Shown in pieces: positions 56,030 to 64,000 of a stretch of DNA of 64,000 bases. Made by a program: the position numbers and the translations under genes. A model generated the notes under the pieces. That model was not told where the DNA came from. It was given only the letters and a program-made list of their open reading frames with translations, and searched no databases. Source of the stretch: the human T2T-CHM13v2.0 reference genome, Homo sapiens; assembly GCF_009914755.1 (NCBI RefSeq), contig NC_060929.1, one strand, 5' to 3'. How positions within the stretch are numbered: the stretch's first letter is position 1; the number at the start of each line of letters is the position of its first letter.

Positions 56030-58754
56030 ACTTTCAGATTCTACAGAGTGTTTCAAAACTGCTCTATCAAAAAAAAGTTTCAAATCGGTGAGTCGAATGC
56101 ACATATCACAAAGCAGTTTCTGAGAATGCTTTCGTCTATTTTTCCCAGGAAGATATTTCCTTTTTGACAATAGGCCTCAAATCGCTCCAGATATCCACAT
56201 GCAGATTCTAGAAAAAGAGTGTTTCCAAACTGCCCTATCAAAAGGAAGGTTCAACTCTGGTAGTTGAATGCAAACATCACAAAGAAGTTTCTCAGAATGC
56301 TTCTGTCTAGTTGTTATAGGCAGATATTTCTTTTTCTACCATAGGCCACAAAGCGCTCCAAATATCTACTTGCAGATTCTCCAAAAACAGTGTTTCAAAA
56401 CTGCTCCATAAAAAGGAAGGTTCAACTCTGTGAGTTGAATGGACAGATCACAAAGAAGTTTCTGAGAATGCTTCTGTCTAGTGTTTATGTGAAGATATTC
56501 CCGTTTCCGATGAAGGCCTCAGAGCAGTCCAAATATCCACTTGCAGATTCTATAAAAATAGTGTTTCAAAACTACTCTATGGAAAGGTATGTTCAACACT
56601 GTGAGATGAATGCAAACGTCATAAAGAAGTTGCTGAGAATGCTTCAGTCTAGTTTCTATGGGAAGACATTTCCTTTTGCACCACAGCCCTTAATGCACTC
56701 CAAATGTCTACATGCAGATTCGATAAAAGAGTTTTTCAAAACTGCTCTATCTAAAGAAAGGTTCAACGCTGTGAGTTGAATCTACATATCACAAAAAAGT
56801 TTCTGAGAATGCCTCTATCTACTTTTTGTGTGAAGATATTCCGGTTTCCAACGAAGGCCTCAAAGCGCTCCAAATATCTACTTGCAGATTCTAGAAAAAG
56901 AGTGTTTCAAAACTGCTCTATTAAAGGAAGGTTCAACTCTGTGAGTTGAATTCACACATCACAAAGAACTTTCTGACAATGCTTCTATCTAGTTTTTATG
57001 TGAAGATATTACTGTTTCCTATGAAGGCCTCAAAGTGGTCCGAATATCCACTTGCAGATTCTACAAAAAGAGGTTTGCAAAACTGCTCTATGAAGAGGTA
57101 TGTTCACCTCTGTGAGTTGAATGCAAACATCACAAAGCAGTTTCTGAGAATGCTTCTGTCTAGTTTTTAGGGGAATATATTTCCATTGGCACAATAACCC
57201 TCAAAGCGCTCCAAATATCCACTGGCAGATTCTACCAAAAGAGTCTTTCAAAACTGCTCTGTGAAAAGAAATGTTCAACTGTGTTAGTTGAATGCCCACA
57301 TCACAAAGAAGATTCTGAGAATATTTCTGTCTAGTTTTTATTAGAAGATATTCCCGTTTCCACCAAAGGACACAACGCGAAGCCAATTATCCGCTTGCAG
57401 ATGTTAGAAAAACACGTTTCAAAACAGCTCTATCAAAGGAAAGGTTCATCTCTCTGGGTTCAACGCACACATCACAAAGAAGTTTCTGAGAATGCTTCTG
57501 GCTAGTTTGTGTGTGAATATATTCCTATTTCCAACAAAGGCTTCAAAGCGCTCCAAAGATTCACCTGCAATTGTTCAAAAGAGTGTTTCAAAACTGTTCT
57601 GTGAAAAGAAATGTTCAACTGTGTTAGTTGAATGCCCACATCACAAAGAAGATTCTGAGAATATTTCTGTCTAGATTTTATTAGAAGATATTCCCGTTTC
57701 CACCAAAGGACACAAAGCGAAGCCAATTATCCGCTTGCAGATCTTACAAAAACACGTTTCAAAACTGCTCTATCAAAGGAAAGTTTCATCTCTCTGGGTT
57801 CAACGCACACATCACAAAGAAGTTTCTGAGAATGCTTCTGGCTAGTTTGTGTGTGAAGATATTCCCATTTCCAACAAAGCCTTCAAAGCGCTCCAAAGAT
57901 TCACCTGCAATTGTTCAAAAGAGTGTTTCAAAACTGTTCTATCAAAAGAAAGGTTCAACTCTGTGAGTTGAATGCACGCTTCACATAAATGTTTCCGAGA
58001 ATGCTTCTTTCTAGTTTTTATGTGAAGATATTTCCTTCTCCACCATAGCCCTCAAAGCGCTCCAAGTGTCCGCTGGCAGATTCCACAGAAACAGTGTTTC
58101 AAAACTGCTCTAACAAAAGAAAGATTCAACTCCGTGATTTGAATGCACACATCAAAAAGCATTTTCTGTGAATGCTTCCGTCTAGTTTTTATATGAGGAT
58201 ATTTCATTTTCTACCATGGGCATCAAAGGGTTCCAATTATCCAATTGTAGATTGCACAAATAGAGTGTTTCAAAACTGCTCTAATAAAAGAAAGATTCAA
58301 CTCCGTGATTTGAATGCACACATCACAAAGCATTTTCTGTGAATCCTTCTGTCTAGTTTTTATATGAGGATATTTCCTTTTCTACCATGGGCATCAAAGC
58401 GTTCCAATTATCCCATTGTAGATTGCACAAATAGAGTGTTTCAAAACTGCTTCATGAAAAGGAAGATTCAAATTTGGGGGTAGAATGCACACATCACGAA
58501 GAAGTTTCTGAGAATGCTTCTGTCTAGTTTATATGTGAAGATATTCCCATTTCCAGCATAGGTCTCAAAGCGGTCCAAATATCCACTTGCGGATCCCACA
58601 AACAGAGTGTTTCAAAACTGCTCTATGGAAAGGTATGTTCAACTCTGTGAGTTTACTGCAAACATCCTAAAGAAGTTTCTGAGAATGCTGCTGTCTAGTT
58701 TAATGTGAATATATTTTCTTTTCCGCCATAGCCCTCAAAGAGCTCCAAATATGC
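56030..58754 (-). repeat. 16-monomer HOR structural variant (2725 bp = 2214 + 340 + 171)
   Basis: It has the same two-monomer duplication (57260/57600) plus a one-monomer duplication: aaaactgctctaa(c/t)aaaagaaagattcaactccgtg at 58101 and 58272. Confidence 0.93.
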
Positions 58755-60189
58755 ACTTTCAGAATCTATAGAGTTTTTCAAAACTGCTCTATCAAAAAAA
58801 AAGTTTCAACTCGGTGAGTCGAATGCACATATCACAAAGCAGTTTCTGAGAATGCTTTCGTCTATTTTTCCCAGGAAGATATTTCCTTTTTGACCGTAGG
58901 CCTCAAATCGCTCCAGATATCCACATGCAGATTCTACAAAAAGAGTGTTTCCAAACTGCCCTATCAAAAGGAAGGTTCAACTCTGGTAGTTGAATGCAAA
59001 CATCACAAAGAAGTTTCTCAGAATGCTTCTGTCTAGTTTTTAGAGGTAGATATTCCTTTTTCTACCATAGGCCTCAAATCTCTCCAAATATCCACTTGCA
59101 GATTCTCCAAAAACAGTGTTTCAAAACTGCTCCATAAAAAGGAAGTTTCAACTCTGTGAGTTGAATGGACAGATCACAAAGAAGTTTCTGAGAATGCTTC
59201 TGTCTAGTGTTTATGTGAAGATATTGCCGTTTCCGATGAAGGCCTCAAAGCAGTCCAAATATCCACTTGCAGATTCTACAAAAATAGTGTTTCAAAACTA
59301 CTCTATGGAAAGGTATGTTCAACACTGTGAGATGAATGCAAACGTCACAAAGAAGTTGCTGAGAATGCTTCAGTCTAGTTTCTATGGGAAGACATTTCCT
59401 TTTGCACCACAGCCCTCAAAGCACTCCAAATGTCTACTTGCAGATTCGATAAAAGAGTTTTTCAAAACTGCTCTATCAAAAGAAAGGTTCAACGCTGTGA
59501 GTTGAATCTACATATCACAAAAAAGTTTCTGAGAATGCCTCTATCTACTTTTTATGTGAAGATATTCCAGTTTCCAACGAAGGCCTCAAAGCGCTCCAAA
59601 TATCTACTTGCAGATTCTAGAAAAAGAGTGTTTCAAAACTGCTCTATTAAAGGAAGGTTCAACTCTGTGAGTTGAATTCACACATCACAAAGAACTTTCT
59701 GACAATACTTCTATCTAGTTTTTATGTGAAGATATTACTGTTTCCTATGAAGACCTCAAAGTGGTCCGAATATCCACTTATAGATTCTACAAAAAGAGGT
59801 TTTCAAAACTGCTCTATGAAGAGGTATGTTCACCTCTGTGAGTTGAATGCAAACATCACAAAGCAGTTTCTGAGAATGCTTCTGTCTAGATTTTAGGGGA
59901 AGATATTTCCGTTGGCACTATAGCTTTCAAAGCGCTCCAAATATCCACTGGCAGATTCTACCAAAAGAGTCTTTCAAAACTGCTCTGTGAAAAGAAATGT
60001 TCAACGTTGTTAGTTGAATGCCCACATCACAAAGAAGATTCTGAGAATATTTCTGTCTAGTTTTTATTAGAAGATATTCCCGTTTCCACCAAAGGACACA
60101 ACGCGAAGCCAATTATCCGCTTGCAGATCTTACAAAAACACGTTTCAAAACTGCTCTATCAAAGGAAAGGTTCATCTCTCTGGGTTCAA
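58755..60189 (-). repeat. Partial terminal HOR copy (~8.4 monomers) truncated at the L1 junction
   Basis: It follows the normal monomer order and ends at catctctctgggttcaa. Other copies continue cgcacacatc at this point. Confidence 0.95.
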
Positions 60190-60303
60190 AGTACCCTCTG
60201 GCTCGGAGGGTCCTATGCCCTTGGAGTATCGCTGATTTCTAGCACAGCAGTCTGAAATCAAACTGCAATGTGGCAGCGAGGCTGGGGGATGGTCACCTGG
60301 CAT
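60172..60303 (-). pseudogene. ORF0: Truncated L1 ORF0 (43 aa) ending in alpha satellite
   Basis: The C-terminal part of ORF 60172..60660(-) is MPGDHPPASLPHCSLISDCCARNQRYSKGIGPSEP-EGTLNPER*. This matches the ORF0 N-terminus as I recall it (MAGAPPPASLPPCSLISDCCASNQRDSVGVGPSEP). The ATG is the cat at 60301-60303. Confidence 0.8.
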
Positions 60304-60886
60304 AGCCCAGTCGTGCTTAGGTAAAGAAAGCAACTGGGAAGCACGAACTGGGGGGAGACCACCATAGCTCAAAGGGACCTGCATTCCTGTATAGACTCCA
60401 CCTCTGGGGGTAAGGCACAGACAAACAAAAGACAGCAGTAACCTCTGCAGACTTACATGTCCCTGTCTGACAGCTTTGAAGAGAGCAGTTCTTCTCCCAG
60501 CATGCAGCTGCAGATCTGATAATCGGCAGACTGGACTCCTCAAGTGATTCCCTGACCCTGGACCCCCAGGCAGCCTAACTGGGAGGCATCCCCCAGTAGG
60601 GGCAGACTGAAACCTCACACTACCGGATACTCCTCTGAGACAAAACTTCGGGAGGAACAATCAGACAGCAGCATATTTGGTTCACAAAAATCTGCTGTTC
60701 TGCAGCCACCGCTGCTGATACTCAGACAAACAGGGTCTGGAGTGGACCTCAAGCAAACTTCAACAGACATGCAGCTGAGGGTCCTGTCTGTTAGAAGGAA
60801 AACTAACAAATAGAAAGGACATCCACACCAAAAATCCATATGTACATCACCATCATCAAGGACCAAAAGTAGATAAAACCACAAAG
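60198..60886 (+). promoter_or_regulatory. L1 5'UTR remnant: lacks the 5' end of the sense promoter (YY1 region), retains the antisense-promoter region
   Basis: It is colinear with the L1PA 5'UTR from about nt 300 to the ORF1 ATG. Many CpGs have decayed. Activity is not shown by the sequence. Confidence 0.8.
60634..60761 (+). promoter_or_regulatory. ~129-bp L1PA 5'UTR segment containing the ZNF93 binding region
   Basis: The stretch tctgagacaaaactt...cagccaccgctgctgatac...agcaaacttc lies between ggatactcc and aacagac, which are contiguous in L1HS. Confidence 0.8.
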
Positions 60887-62200
60887 ATGGGGAAAAAACA
60901 GAGCAGAAAAACTGGACACTGATAAAAGCAGAATGCCTCTCCTTCTCCAAAGGATCACAGTTCCTCACCAGCAACAGAGCAAAGCTGGATGGAGAATGTC
61001 TTTGATGAGTTGAGAGAAGAAGGCTTCAGATGATCAAACTACTCCAAGCTACAGGAGGAAATTCAAACCAAAGGCAAAGCAGTTAAAAACTTTGAAAAAA
61101 ATTTAGACGAATGTATAAATAGAATAAGCAATACAGAGAAGTGCTTAAAGGAGCTGAAGGGGCAGAAAACCAAGGCTCGAGAATTATGTGAAGAATGCAG
61201 AAGCCTCAGGAGCCAATGTGATCCACTGGAAGAAAGGGTATCAGTGATGGAAGATGAAATGAATGAAATGAAGTGAGAAGGGAAGTTTAGAGAAAAAATA
61301 ATAAAAAGAAACAAACAAAGCCTCCAAGAAATATGGGACTATGTGAAAAGACCAAATCTGCGTCTGATTGGTGTACCTGACAGTGACCAGGAGAATGGAA
61401 CCAAGTTGGAAAACACTCTGCAGGATATTATCCAGGAGAGCTTCCCCAATCTAGCAAGGCAGGCTGACATTCACATTCAGGAAATACAGAGAATGCCACA
61501 AAGATACTCCTCGAGAAGGGCAACTCCAAGACAAATAATTGTCAGATTCACAAAAGTTGAAATGAAGGAAAAAATATTAAGGGCAGCCAGAGAGAAAGGT
61601 CGGGTTACCCACAAAGGGAAGTCCATCAGAATAACAGCGGATCGTTTGGCAGAAACTCTACAAGCCAGAGGATAGTGGGGACCAATATTCAACATTTTTT
61701 TTTTTTTTTGAGACGGAGTCTCACTCTGTCTCCCAGTCTGGAGCATGGGGGAGCGATCTGGGCTCACTGCAAGCTCCACCTCCTAGGTTCATGGCATTCT
61801 CCTGCCTCAGCCTCCCGAGTAGCTGGTATACAGGCACCCGCCACCAAGCCCTGTAAATTTTTTGTATATTTAGTAGTGACAGGGTTTTACCATGTTAGCC
61901 AGGATGGTCTCAATCTCCTGACCTCGTGATACACCCGCCTTTGTCTCCCAAGTGCTGGGATTACAGGCGTGAGCCACTGTGCCTGGCCAAAATTCTTAAA
62001 GAAAATAATTTTCAACCCAGAATTTCACATCCAGCCAAACTAAGCTTCATAATGAAGGATAAATAAAATATTTTACAGACAAGCAAATGCTGAGAGATTT
62101 TGTCACCACCAGGCCTGCCCTAGAAGAGCTCCTGAAGGAAGCACTAAACATGGAAAGCAACAACCAGTACCAGCTGCTTCAAAATCACACCAAAATGTAA
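60887..62200 (+). pseudogene. L1 ORF1p pseudogene, interrupted by an Alu
   Basis: It starts MGKKQSRKTG, with TGA at codon 12 (60920-60922) and further stops. The fragment KRPNLRLIGVP...[33 protein letters not shown] lies at 61343-61675. The terminal aaaatgtaa ends at 62200. Confidence 0.95.
61695..61988 (-). mobile_element. Full-length AluY, antisense, inserted in L1 ORF1
   Basis: T15 tail at 61695-61709, then gagacggagtctc ... gcctggcc. AluY-type diagnostic positions: gcaagctcc, cattctcc, ttagccaggatggtctc, gacctcgtgat. Approximately 9-bp TSD: aacattttt (61691-61699) and aaaattctt (61989-61997). Confidence 0.95.
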
Positions 62201-62263
62201 AGACCATGGAGACTAGGAAGAAACTGCATCAACTAACGAGCAAAATAACTAGCTAACATCAGA

Positions 62264-64000
<1,737 letters not shown>

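Larger units (their letters stand above)
1..60189 (-). repeat. Alpha-satellite (alphoid) tandem array, ~171-bp monomers, single orientation
   Basis: The motifs gagtgtttcaaaactgctct, gttcaactctgtgagttgaatgca and catcacaaagaagtttctgagaatgctt recur every ~170-171 bp. They are the reverse complement of the alphoid consensus. I saw no inversion or foreign insertion before 60190. Confidence 0.99.

Noticed and set aside
361-60112. Dozens of 60-129 aa ORFs such as MFQNCSIKRKVQLCELN... and MLLSSLYVKIFPF...
   Set aside because: These are translations of alpha satellite, where 171 bp equals 57 codons and so preserves frame. They repeat with the HOR, are broken by random SNVs and show no gene structure.
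1-60189. CRISPR-like repeat/spacer appearance of conserved blocks alternating with variable blocks
   Set aside because: The variable parts are homologous monomer segments that recur each HOR. There are no unique spacers and no cas genes.
61477-61929. ORFs 61477..61779(-) and 61675..61929(+)
   Set aside because: They are chance Alu/L1-derived frames typical of spurious predictions.

Overview
Primate, very probably human, pericentromeric DNA with no intact protein-coding gene. Bases 1-60189 are an uninterrupted alpha-satellite array of ~171-bp monomers, with the conventional CENP-B-box strand on the minus strand. It consists of 23 copies of a 2214-bp 13-monomer higher-order repeat (HOR), two 15-mer variants, one 16-mer variant and a partial copy. 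The A/B monomer order is irregular (SF5-like) and I found no intact CENP-B box. A very homogeneous core (~3.3-50.3 kb) sits between more divergent copies that share alleles on both sides, and it contains nested 1-, 2- and 3-HOR duplications. At 60190 the array stops mid-monomer against a 5'-truncated, plus-strand L1PA element. This L1 retains the ~129-bp 5'UTR segment, has dead ORF1 and ORF2, and carries an antisense AluY in ORF1. Its antisense-promoter/ORF0 region points into the satellite, and ORF0 terminates inside alpha-satellite sequence. The repeated ORFs in the satellite are artefacts. I see no novel gene system; the interest lies in array architecture and the L1-satellite junction. All comparisons with consensus sequences were made by eye from memory.
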